A DNA stretch of 56,404 nucleotides, the filler included, from Bipalium vagum (lineage: Eukaryota), in assembly GCA_037834085.1 (NCBI GenBank). It is 3 parts of 3 records of this genome, joined end to end, with 100 filler letters (N's around TTAATTAATTAA, not from the genome) between each part and the next. Parts side by side here need not be neighbours in the genome. Positions count along the whole stretch, not along the records: positions 1 to 15,552 come from JBBMKC010160180.1; 2 more parts are not named here. One strand, written 5' to 3'. The notes beneath the pieces were generated by a model, which saw only the letters and a program-made list of their open reading frames with translations, was not told where the DNA came from and made no database searches. Made by a program: the position numbers and the translations under genes. Positions within the stretch are counted from its first letter, which is position 1. Every line of letters starts with the position of its first letter. Shown in pieces: positions 1 through 12,291 of the stretch.

Positions 1-108
1 TATTATTTATATTATTTATATTATTTATATTATTTATATTATTTATATTATTTATATTATTTATATTATTTATATTACTTATATTATTTATATTATTTAT
101 ATTATTAT
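1..108. repeat. Tandem repeat of 9-bp unit TATTATTTA
   Basis: About 12 near-perfect copies at the window start. Confidence 0.9.
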
Positions 109-404
109 AATTACTGTCATCATTATCATTTTCTATGAGAAAATATAATTTGTAAAAATAATTAATAAAATTAAATTAAATGATAAATATATTTAAAGAA
201 AAATATTTTTAAATTCTTCTGAAGATTTGAGATTTTATGTTTATTGTCAATTTTTATGTATATTGTTTAAATCAAATAATTAATAAAAATAAATAACAAT
301 TATATCTAAAATTGTAAAATAATTAAATATTAAAAATAAATTACGTTCTCCTTTTTTAATTTTTATTCACCCCTTTTCTTTTAATAAAAATTCCTTTTTT
401 ATTT

Positions 405-3400
405 ATGGAAATATTTGGAGTTATATCTCGCTTAATCTTTGAAATTGGAAATTTCGGTTCAAAAGATTTTCTTGGTAATTTTTTATCAGATTAAATTTTT
501 TATTCGTTTATAATTCCTTTTCTCGGGAGCAAGTACTCAATATTATATATTCTCCTCATTTTGGCAGATACTCAGTCAAAAAGAAAATCGTTCAATTCAA
601 AGACCTGTTCCTTTGATAGCAACAAAATCAACTGGTGCAACTGGTCCAAGGAACGCAGAGCCGAATCTGCTCGGAGAACGGGTTCGGATTTCTGTCAGGC
701 TCTGCAGATGTCAAAGACGACTTTGACGAAAAATGTCAATCATACAGAATTACAACTGCTTCTGCCAAATTCCTGCAATCTTCAGGGGGACCAGCATAAT
801 ACCAACACCAACAGTAACTATGCCAATAATGCTTCTCCGTCAACGTCTCAGCTAAACAACCCAGTTCTCGGAAACGACACAGTTCAAGCGCCTGCTAATT
901 ACTTAGCTGATCTATCTCAAAAGGTTAATTTTATTTCATCAAAATATTGACCCAGTTCAAATTTGAAATCGTTGGTGACATTTTGTTAAAATTTAAGACA
1001 AGATTTGACACATTCCAGATATTCAATCACCCGTTACAAACCGGGAAACGTTTCTATTTTTAAAATTATTATTATTTTTTCTATTATATTACATTATATT
1101 ATTATATTATATTTCAATTAAGAACATAAACGTCATTTTTATGGAACAGTATAACGATAATAAAAATAAAATAATTTAAATAAAATAAAATACCATAATA
1201 GAAATATGAAAAAGTCATTTCGATTTTTAGTGTTAATGTTAATTGAAAAATTTTGTTAAATTTATCGTTCAATAATCAATCAATTGCATTGATTGATAGA
1301 AATATTAATAATCGTTAACCATTGATAGAATTTCACACTATTTTGTGAAAATAAATATTTTTAAATAAGAGGCATCATTTCTTTTGAGTATTTTAACTAC
1401 TAAAGATCAATCCCAGATTATCTAGTGAAAAAATAAGAAATATACTCGGACGTGATGTTACTTATATTAAGAAGCTTAAACATCGATAATGAGTCATGTT
1501 AGTTGAAAATTAGGCAGACATACGGGGATTCGAACCAAAGACCTTTCACACACACATGGACTGCTCTAACCCCGGAGCTATATCTCCGGACTACTGTTCA
1601 GTTTATCTCACATCCCTCTTTTTTAAAGCTCAACCAGGTCCTTAACTGCTCGCCTCTCTTTCTTCCATTACTCACAAGTCATATAGATCAGGGTCAAAAA
1701 TGAATTGATTAAGAAAAGAGTTTGAAAATAATTGGTTCTTAACAACGACAGTGATCTGTTTATTACATGGCTAATAATAATATAATATAATATAATAACA
1801 TTTGAGTTTCTGAAATTTTATAATTTCCGGAAAATATAAGAAAAGCTTTCCAAAATAAATCTATATAATATCAGTGTAAACATTAAACTGAAGTCTGATA
1901 GAGCAAACGCATTATTAATATTCACATCTTTTTGTCTGAAGATAAAAGATTATTTCCCAATTGTCGAAGAACAACATCGGTAGGGAGGCTTTTCAATTAT
2001 TGAGGTCAAATTGTGGCTATTTTGCAGAAATGTATATATGGTTTAATTACCTGGGCAAACCTGAATATTTCCCATTATTCTGCATATGAAAACAGTATTT
2101 TTCCTAATTGCTTTGCCTGCAGATTTTGAGCCCACATATGATTGATTGTTTCATTTGAGTAATCAATTAAGAATCTGTATTTTTTAAAGATATTTTATAA
2201 TTATCATCAGAATTATGAAAATAATATTTTTTTATTTTTAATTAACTTCAATTTACATTTATACAGAACTGAGAAATAATTTCCTGGGGAAAAATGACGA
2301 AAACAAAAATCAATGATAAAAATTTTTAATAAATAAATAAAAAAATATTAATAAAAATATTCTTCAAAAAATAAATAATATATATATATATATATTATAT
2401 TTTCTCAACTCGTAATAATTATGGCAAATGCAGTTGTACGTCCTTACCAGCGGTAATAGCAGATCAGAAGTCTGAATTCTTCTTGGAGTGAACTCATCTA
2501 AAATAAGCTCAAACGACCTTTCGTATCGATTAATTTGGATCTAATTTTGAACTTTAAACGATTGGATTATTAATTTAATAAAAATCATTGGAATTTCCAA
2601 CGTTCAGTGAGGACCTTTGCAAAGATCTGGTAATCCAATACTTAAATTTCTTCATGGCTGCTTATTAAAACAAATGCTTAAATAGTTTGTATTGAATAAA
2701 ATTATTAGTTATCCAGTTAGAATTATTAAAAATCAAATCGTAAGCTCAAAAAGCACGACCTACGGTTTCATACGATTTAACTGAAAACCAATAGAAAGCA
2801 AGATTAGAAATTTTCTCTTCCTTAATTATTCGAAACCAAGTTGAATCTTTGTCGTCTTGTATTGTAATATGTGACAAAAAGTTGATTGCATACGATAATC
2901 ATTGACGATCAGCACAATGGCTAGACGCTGATGAACAGCCTCATAGTCACTATCCTTAGCGAGTTTTTAATTTATTTAATAATACCTAGTCAATTCCAAT
3001 ACTTGGACGTTTGTAAATATTCTTAATGAAGTAATGAACTGGGTGTGCTTAAAATTCGTGTCCGACTTTGGATTCCAGCAAAATATTTTTATTAAAATTA
3101 AATATGTCCAATTTACATTTTTCAAAGAAAGAGAATTTCCGAAATTTCATGTGAGTGGTTAATTGTTTTTTTAATAAATCAATGTTATCGAATTTAATTT
3201 CGGTAAATTCGATTTTTAATAATGCTCTCCATTCAAGAAAGAGTGGAAATTGCTTTACTGATAACTGAGATGGAATCAATCACATTAATCAAACGACATT
3301 TAGAACACTTGAAATAGAAACGGATAGCATATCAGCGAGGACAATGAAGTAGAAATTTGCAAAATTCAAAGAAAATGGAATATTTGTGATCTAGGAAGTC

Positions 3401-6400
3401 CGGAAAACCATCAATTGAATATGAAAAAATATATTTTAAAAAATCAGATTTTTCAAGAAATACCTAAGATATCGCTAAGAACTACTGATAAGAAAGTTGG
3501 ATGCCGTTTTGGAGATGTACACAATGTAGTACGAAAAGATCTTCAGCTTTGTTATATTTATGATCTTCGAAGACCGAAAAGAAAATTAAATTATTGGACT
3601 ATTTTAATCAGCAAAATTTTATTGAAAGAAATTTTAAACATTTTTTAAAAATTCGCAACTTTTAATATTTTTTACTGAATTTGAAATAATTGGAAATTTT
3701 CTTTCATCCTTTGTTTTAATAAGCAACCAAATCAGAAGTGCAATTAAATTTCTTTCCTCTTGTCATCAAATCACTTGTAGTTACAAAGTGTTAAATGAAG
3801 AGATTTTCCTGCGAGTAACTCACAATATTCGTGGCACTGCTTAATCTGGGTTATAACTACAATGAAGTATCTTTTTTACTGCATCAATCCACTTATGATG
3901 CTCATACGTCAAAGTTGGAAAACAACAGATGAAGCAATTTCTTTGCACAGACCTATAATTTATGCCCATTGACAAACAAGAACATTTTTCGCGGAGCAGT
4001 GGGAAATGTTACCTTTAAATGTACTCACATAGCCAGAAACAGGGCATTTACAATCAATGATAGGCGATTTATTACAGAAGGCAAGGCTCGCTTGTGCAGA
4101 CGCTGTCATTCTGAGACTCATGTGCTGCAGGTTTGCAAGGCTAATCTTTCCTTTATTGGACAAGGACATGATATTTTTCCGGAAGAAATCTTCAATGAAC
4201 TTCAAAGACCAGAACTAATTGCACAGAAAAATACTCAATATCAAGATGTTCAAGACTCGAAAGAGAAAGTAGACCTAATCATTACAAACGTAGAGAAGAA
4301 GATTATTTACTTAGTAGACCTAAAATGTCCAATCGATTCTGTACAAAACTTTGATATAAGTGATAATAAAAATATCGTAAAGTATTAAGAATTGAACAGA
4401 AATATTAAACATGATTATTATGTCCAAATGAAGAAGCTGTTTATTTAATTTATTAGGACTATACATCCTGATGCCATAGACATACTAATCAATATTGGAA
4501 TTCCAAAAAGTAAATCAAATGCACTCTTGTCATGTGCAATATCAAACATTGATGAATTGGCGAAGATTTATAACTTCCATGCTACTGGATATTTAGTCAA
4601 TTTTATCTAGAGTGAAACAAATCAATTATCTCGCTGAATGAACTTTATCATAAACAGATGCTGGTTTATTACATCTATGGTACTTGTGCTTCCTTATATA
4701 TCAATGCTTTATGAGCCTTGTATACATCCAATTAAATTTTATCAATAAAATGTTAACTAATTTTTAATGAAAACTATACCGTTGCATTCCCTCAGGGTGA
4801 GATGATTGCCTTTATTGTTTAATGGAAATACCAGTAATAAAAGGTTGGTCTCCATGCTTCAGTTATGTGAGTAGATTGATACTTCATTGTTTAATGTTGG
4901 TTAAAGAATAAGTATGTTTTTTGTTCTCTTATTTAAATCTCATATTCTAAAGAGGATTTTTTGTTTCTAGGCTTTATCTTTTTTCATTTATGATATGCTG
5001 AATGTTTTAGGTTTTACCGGTTACTGTAGGTTGTTAAGGAAATTAATTACCAAGAGACCTCATGTCATTTTGTAAGGTCACTGTAAAATTCCCATTGTTT
5101 TCCTATCGTCAAATTATGAAATATGACCTAATTTGAAAAGTGCTGATCTCATTGAACCACAAAAGGTAAATAATCTATTTAAATTTTTTCTTGCAGAAAG
5201 AAATAAACAAAAAACGTCGGGATGAGGAAAACAGACTGACCCATGAGCAAATTCATTATTTGGTGGAATATTGGGATCATGATATTTTTGTACGCTTACG
5301 ATCATGGGCTCTGTGCTTTTCTTTATTGGCAGTGTCCTTGCAAATATTTGTTGGCCTCAGCGGTTCATGGTCATTCTTTGGAGATGGTTGGTGCAACTTA
5401 TTTTGTATACTAGTTTTATATAATAATTATAATTATTATTCATATTATAAATAGCATATTTAAACAAAATCATAATTAATCTCTTCACCTCTATAGCAGC
5501 ATTTTTCTGTGATTTTCTGGATACCATTTCTGATTCCCATTAAGGTTCCTTTCAAAGATGGTTCAACAATAAATCACATGCTTTAATTCAATGAATAGTA
5601 TTCCTCTCAATGAATAATATATTAGGTCTTCTGAATAATCAATGGGTTTGAAAATGGTGCAGACTATTGAATTAAACAAATTTAATATCTTTCCAATTTC
5701 TGAAGCTACCAAATGGCAACTTTAAGCTACATTCTTCAGTCTATCGTCATCACTTTTGATTGGCCTCCAGGAAATGGTTGACCTTGAGGATAGAAATTCC
5801 AGGAACTAAACCTAGAAAATCAACATTGACTGACAGTTAACGAATCCAAACACAAAACATAATCTATCTCTGGCTAGTGTGGCATTTTGAACTGTATTAT
5901 TTGATCTGTTATTGGCTGACATAAGTACCAGAGGCAAAATCCTCTAACAATTCCTTATTGGTCTTTTTATACTCGACTTTATATCTTTTCCAAATACCTG
6001 TTCTGGGTTTCCCTCCTTCAGATTTTTCATAACTGATAATCAGATTTCTAAAGATATCGAAACTCATTGATTATTATTCACATCCGCTGAAATTTATAAA
6101 TAAAATAATATATTAAATGTGCACAGAATTATTTTATTGAATTATTATTGAGTTACTGGAGAAAGTTAAAACACATTTATAAATTTCTTTTGTGGAAGTA
6201 AAAAATCGGCTTGTATAGCGATTTCTTATCCAGAACTTTTCTTAGGTACACTGCTTACTGTAATCTAGAAATATATCGAAATGCAATTTCTTGTCGTGCA
6301 TTTAAAATGTCACACAAAAATTAATTTGATATAACAAAACAAATTGACCAATAAATCAAGTTATACAAATCGATTGTTGTCATGGATAATGAATTAATAA

Positions 6401-8033
6401 ATTAAAACAATCTCTATTCCCAATATTCCACCTCACATTTGGAACATTACAAAATGCCTGTTGACTTATCGAAAATATCGACCTTCATTACCGATGGTAA
6501 AATGAATAAAAATCGGTGAAAAACATATTTTTGTGGGAAAAAAATCAATATTTTGTAAAAAAAATCAATTGAGTGTTTCGGATTCCAATGAGAAAAATAT
6601 TGAAGAAAGAGAAAAAATTTTCCTTGGCATAATTGAAGTAATGAAAGTAATGGCTTTAATCACCTTGAACAGGAAAACTTTACCGTGGTCAATTACGGGA
6701 ATTGAACTGAATAATAAAGTCTTCGTCCAAAAATATATCTAAATTGACTTAATGAAATTCTCCAATTTAGAGATTTGATAAATTTTTCTTATGAAAATGA
6801 CAATTATGAAGAATATTTATTTATTTATTTATTTATATTTGTATATAAGGCATGAGAAAAATATTATTTATATTAAACATACCAGAAATTAATGATCCTC
6901 AACACAAAATAAACTTATTTATCTTGAAAACAAGTTTTGTTTTAATTGTCGAAATTATGGATAACAACAATTTTGATGTCACAGTGGAATAATAATTGTT
7001 TGTCACTGGTCTCCCCTGGAAAAGTCAAGTATTACTATGAATGGTATCAGGGAGACTGAACCAGTAGGGAAAAGTGTCACTATGGTTCTGGGTATGATTT
7101 TCGTCAATTTATTTTTCAATCGGTTTTTGATGATTAAAACAAAAGATTTGTCTCGAAAAATTGATCATCATCACTCCTCGTTCAGGTCATTATCCCAATT
7201 ATTCCGGCTTATGGAAAACGTGTGTTCCAATCAATCATACCTGTACTTATACCTTTCCTTTTACCCAAACGGAAAACGGTAGGGTTGATGTGATATCATT
7301 GGTGGTGAAAGTGAATGATTGCTTTCATTTTGTTAGGTTATCGAGACAGTATCCTTTGCCTGGTGGCTGTATCCAGCATTTTCAGTATCGGTGGCAGTGG
7401 TTTCTCTTTCACTGGACTCTGTGTTACAGCACTGGCTAGAAAATTATACTATTATCATTCAGCGGGCGAAATATTTTTTGTCTCAGGTAGGAAATTTTTC
7501 AATGTCAACTTTGGAACGATAATTGATTTTGTTTCATTTTCCCTTGCCTGCCCCTCCCCCACCTTTCAGGTATGACAATGACTCTGGCAGTCTCATTGTA
7601 TTCGATAACCGTTGAATTTCATTTGAAGTTCAATAAACATCGTTACGGTTACACATTTTGGCTGGCCTGGCTATCTGCTGCTCTTCTATTGGTATCTGCT
7701 CTCAATCTGCTAATGGACGAATTGATCCAAGGCTCAACGAAACTCCGTGGTTGCTCTTGTCTTGCCAAATGTGTCCGATCTTGCTGCTGTAAACGGTCAC
7801 GGTCATTGGAACACAGATCCAACATGTATCATGAATCAGATCAGTCCCATTTCATCAGACATAACAACAGTAGAAAAAGCCAACACCGACGTCCGGCGAA
7901 AGTGCAGCACAATCGGAACGATTTAGGCATTTCTCAAATTCAAAACAAAATCGGCGGCAGTTCCAAAGCCGCCGCTACCGCCGCCGATCATCTGATGATG
8001 ATCGAGAACGATATCGAGGAGGACTTTGTATAG
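405..8033 (+). CDS. Claudin/PMP22-superfamily four-transmembrane protein (spliced)
   Basis: Core exons 5197-5386, 7186-7278, 7337-7486 and 7570-8033 are joined by phase-1 GT-AG introns. They encode TM1 (WALCFSLLAVSLQIFVGL), the W..GLWKTC..C claudin signature, TM2/TM3, YGYTFWLAW before TM4 and a Cys-rich tail. Upstream exons 405-474 (ATG) and 568-923 are phase-compatible but less certain. AATAAA at ~8459. Confidence 0.8.
1497..1676 (-). mobile_element. tRNA-LTR TRIM copy with deleted 5' LTR: PPT plus intact 3' LTR (1497-1612)
   Basis: The minus strand reads TGTGAG, partial internal region, PPT AAAAAAGAGGGA, then TGTGAGATAAAC...tRNA-like...CTAACA. Perfect 5-bp flanking duplication AGTCA at 1492-1496 and 1677-1681. 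Confidence 0.8.
1900..2140 (-). mobile_element. Possible piggyBac-like transposase relic
   Basis: Broken frames give CGLKIC...KYCFHMQNNGK and SLPTDVVLRQL, resembling the piggyBac KYGIKI..GY..YLGK and PTDVVLRL motifs. Confidence 0.35.
3700..4750 (+). mobile_element. 3' fragment of a restriction-like-endonuclease non-LTR retrotransposon (R2/R4/NeSL-type)
   Basis: ORF 3969-4388 has the CCHC knuckle CRRCHSETHVLQVC, the RHD-like GHD and the PD-(D/E)xK motifs VDL...VDLKCP...KY. Decayed; boundaries approximate. Confidence 0.75.
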
Positions 8034-11000
8034 TTTGAACCAACCACCATTCCATATGTGATACTCAAACAGACTGATAATACTGTACTAGTGGTTTATA
8101 ATATCGCGTAGCTCTACATTAATTAATTGATTAAATGCACTATTTTTTGGTACATGTCTCTATTGGTCTTTTTCTATTTTTATATTGAAATTAGTGAAGC
8201 GGAAAATGTGACGGTTCGCATTTTCGGGGCAGGTTCTGTGATTTTAATTTATCCACATGTAAATAGCGAAACTCAGCTGTCTTTTTTAATAAGGTTTTAT
8301 TATTATTATTAATAATATTCCACGATGATGATTTCTGAGAATAGATATTTAGAATTCTATTTTGATCATAGATGTTATTATTATTATTTACTAAGTTGTA
8401 GTATTTCCATTATATATAAATATTATATATAATGTATTTTTTGCTTGTTTTTGATGAAAATAAATGATCGAATTAAAGACGTTTAATCATTGTCGTTTTT
8501 TGCCCACTACAACAACAAGGGGTCCTGTTTTTTCTTCTTATTGTTCCAATGGAGAAAACTGTGATAATTAAAGTCAGCTGGCCACCGTTGCAGTTTGGTA
8601 TGATGGGATCCCTTAAACTGTGACTTTTCTAAGGAGAAAGGGAGATAATAATTGAATTGATAATCGAAACCAGTGGGAAATATTTATCAATTACGAAAAA
8701 TGGTGATTGTCTAAATCTTTGTTTTTGAAAGCTTTATTTTTAATTATTTATTTTTTATTATTTATTTATTTTCAATTATATGATTACTTATTAATTTTTG
8801 TTTAAATATTATGAAGCCTTTGCATTAAAACAAATTTTAAAAAAATTTATTTCATTTAAAATATTTTATTATTTTTTATCGTCATATAATGGGCTGAATT
8901 AAAAAAAAAGCTCAACTTTTTTGAATTATTATTCCAATTATGTTACTGTAACATTTTTCAATATAATAAAATTATCAATTATTTTTCTACAGTCCCATTT
9001 CCATTATTGAATCATTCATCCCAAACTAAATTGGTTCATTGAAATTTTAAAAATCTACTTAATATATTATTTTTTTGATAATAATTTTATTTTTCATCTT
9101 TCGTTTTGTTGAATCACAACGGACAACATTTTGACAAAATATTGTGACACCACTAAACAAATTATAAACATTAAAGCATTATAATACAGTGGGACCTCTC
9201 AAAAGTGACCGCATGATTTTGGTGACCACCTCTGTTAAATTGACCATATTTAAATTTTGTTAAAGTAAGGCTAAATTTCCAGTATAAATTATTAAATAAT
9301 ATCAAGAAAAGGTAACCGGTAAATATTTTGTTTAAATAATAGTGATAAATATCATATTTTGAATTTATGATAAAATTTAATTAGAATGGGAAAATTAAAT
9401 AATAATCAGAAAAAAGAAAACTTGAAACACTATTGTTAATCTTATACTGAAACGTAGCAACGTGTGCTCGTCTACTCGTGACTCCTCACTTTTTGTAACT
9501 CGTTGTGTCCTCTCAATCTTCTCGAATTTAAAACACCTCCCACAATACTGTATCCGCTCCCTTAAGAACCAATTCGAAATATTTTAAATAAAACTTTATT
9601 TTCACTAACAATTACAATGGTTAAATCGATCACAAAAGAAACGTTATTATGGATAAACTAAAATCCCGGTAATGCTGAGTGCGAATTTAATAATAATGAT
9701 AATAATTTTATAATAAAATTAAAAACAATGAAAAAATAAAAATGAACAAAATCGGTCTCACCAAGAGCGACAAGGGGTCCCCGGGGTCACCCTCTAGGCC
9801 CTTCTCAGGTCGTCTAGGGGTTCCCAAGCTCGCTGGGTCTCCTTGCAAATATCCGATGGCATAATTGCGAATAAATCCGGCATCATAATCAATGGTTACT
9901 TCTGAATTTCGACTGATTACTCTGGTTCTGCGGTGTATCTTTGGGCTATTCCTCTGCTATTACGGGAATAGCCGTCTCCTTTTATAGGCGTAGAGATTGG
10001 TCTACGATCACCATTCCCTACGCTCGGAGACGGTGCTTTTTCCCTAATAGCCTCTCACAATCTCCACGCCGAGATAGTCTCCCTCCTGTTGAGGCTAATG
10101 GATTCCTGTCAGGAAATCCATTAGCCTGATCCCATGAAAAATCCCCAAGGCGGGATTTTGCGCATAAAAAAATTAATAATTAAAAATTTTCACTCTATTT
10201 TTTTCAAAAATTTTATTATTATTAAAAATAATTATTATTATTTAAAACTTCTCATTATAATTATAATTATTATTATTTAAAAGTTATTATTATATTTATT
10301 TAAAAAATTATTATTATTCCTAAACTCAACATTTTTAAAACAGATAAGATTTTTTTAAAATACTTAAATTGCAGCAATCAAACCAAAATTAATCAAACGT
10401 ACCCATTCCATTATTATTTTGATCTAAGACATATTTTAAAAACAATATTTTAAGAATGTTTAATTTGATAAATTATAAATCAATACGAAAAAGTGATGAA
10501 CACAATTTAATGAAATTACACAGTTATTTTAAATGAAAAACATTTTTAGCTTGTAATAAACTTCAGAATTGTAGAAGTACTAACACGATCTCTCAGTTAA
10601 ACTAATATCTTCGAGGTGTAAGATTTGAAAATTTAATATGAATGTTGAATCTGTGAATTAATAAGTTATTGTTACAATTGAAAAGAATTATCCTAAGGAG
10701 GACTATACTCTTGCTACAATATTATTATTATTTTTTTAAGTGGACAAATAATTGAAATCAGGGATTTAGTAAACTGAATGGTGTTTAGCTGGCTACTCAT
10801 GATTCAGTTCATTTCTCGCGTTGCTAAGATAATACTTTTTTCTTGTTTTTTAATCTCTTGATATTTAAATAAAAACTTTATTGATATTGTTTAACAACCA
10901 TATTTATTTAAATGAAAAATCATTGTCCCTATCATTTATCTGTTATTTTATCCGAGTAAATTATGTCATTGAAAAACAATTTTTATTGATATACATTATT

Positions 11001-11169
11001 TAATTTATGAAGGATGCACCAATTAATAGTTAAGGATTCAGAATGTATCTTGTATTATATCGTTAACCTTACCATTAAAGCATAAAGAATTAAGAGTTTT
11101 ACTGATGAATATCTTAACATTTAAATCCACGTTCAAATATTTCATATTTAACTATTCTTAATTGTATCC

Positions 11170-11250
11170 AACAAAATAAATGAAATTATATTTAACAAAA
11201 TAAGTGAAATTATATTTAACAAAATAAGTGAAAGTATATTTAACAAAATT
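11170..11250. repeat. Three tandem copies of a 25-bp unit upstream of eIF5A
   Basis: AACAAAATAAGTGAAATTATATTTA-type unit repeated three times with few mismatches. Confidence 0.7.
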
Positions 11251-11631
11251 ATCAATATAAAAATCCATAGTAAATAATCAAAAATCTTATTGTTAATTAA
11301 GTATTCATAACAATATTTATTAGTAATGTTTTCAAAAATTACTTTGTTTATTAAATTTTAAAATCAACTTTAAAATGTTTGAAAATAAACTTAACATTTA
11401 ATCTTAATATGAATAGATTTCTTTACTTGAAAAAATAGAAACTATTATTTTTGAAAATGCTTAAATTGAAAAATAAAGGAATATAATTTTCAAATGCAAA
11501 AAATTACGTAAACTTACTACTGAATTATGCAATATCTGTAGTATGTTATTCAATATTATAATCAATATTTGAATTTGTTTAAATTGAGGAGTTAATTCAA
11601 GATACAAAACACGTTTTGGAGTTATTTAAAT

Positions 11632-12154
11632 ATGGTAAAATATTTCTATACAAGAAAATATTAATGAATTTTATGTAACTTCATAGTCTGATATTGAAGA
11701 AACATTTGAAAATACTAATTCTGGTGCTTCCGTCACTGTCCCGCAACAAATGAGTGCTTTCCGAAAGAATCATCATATAATGATAAAAGATAGACCTTGC
11801 AAAATAGTTGAAATGAGTACCTCAAAAACTGGTAAACATGGCAGTGCAAAAGTTCACGTTGTAGGAATAGATATATTTACCGGAAAAAAATACGAAGACA
11901 TTTGTCCATCAACGGCTAATAAGGATAAACCAATTGTGAATCGTGTTGAATATCAATTAATTGATATTTCAAGCGATAATTTTGTAAGCTTATTAAATGA
12001 TAAAGGGGATACAAAAGAAGACGTCAAGCTACCAGACAACGAATTGGCCGATGAAGTCAAGACGAAGTTTGAAAGTGGAGACAGTTGTATTGTAACAATC
12101 ATGTCAGCCTGTGGAGAAGAGCAAATTGTAGGATGTAAGGTCTTGACCAACTAG
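11632..12154 (+). CDS. EIF5A: Eukaryotic translation factor 5A (156 aa)
   Basis: ATG-only exon 11632-11634, 52-nt GT-AG intron, then exon 11687-12154: MSDIEETFENTNSGASVTVP...RPCKIVEMSTSKTGKHGSAKVHVVGIDIFTGKKYEDICPST. The hypusine lysine is intact. AATAAA at 12175. Confidence 0.95.
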
Positions 12155-12291
12155 CCGTTTTCATTAAAAATAACAATAAATTACTAGTCTCATGTTTTAA
12201 ATGTGTGATTAATGATACGTATAAAGTAATGTAGTTTTTCTATGTTTTTTATAAAAAATCAAATTTACATAAAAATATATTTATAAAACAT

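Noticed and set aside
5124-5196. Coding exon plus 31-nt intron upstream of the TM1 exon
   Set aside because: In-frame TGA at 5124 with no ATG or good acceptor after it.
6986-7091. Extra claudin exon
   Set aside because: In the required phase 1 it hits TAA immediately; its open frame is phase-incompatible.
11170-11250. CRISPR-like array
   Set aside because: Head-to-tail repeats without spacers in eukaryotic DNA.
11953-12150. Antisense ORF within eIF5A
   Set aside because: Shadow frame of a real CDS with no independent motif.
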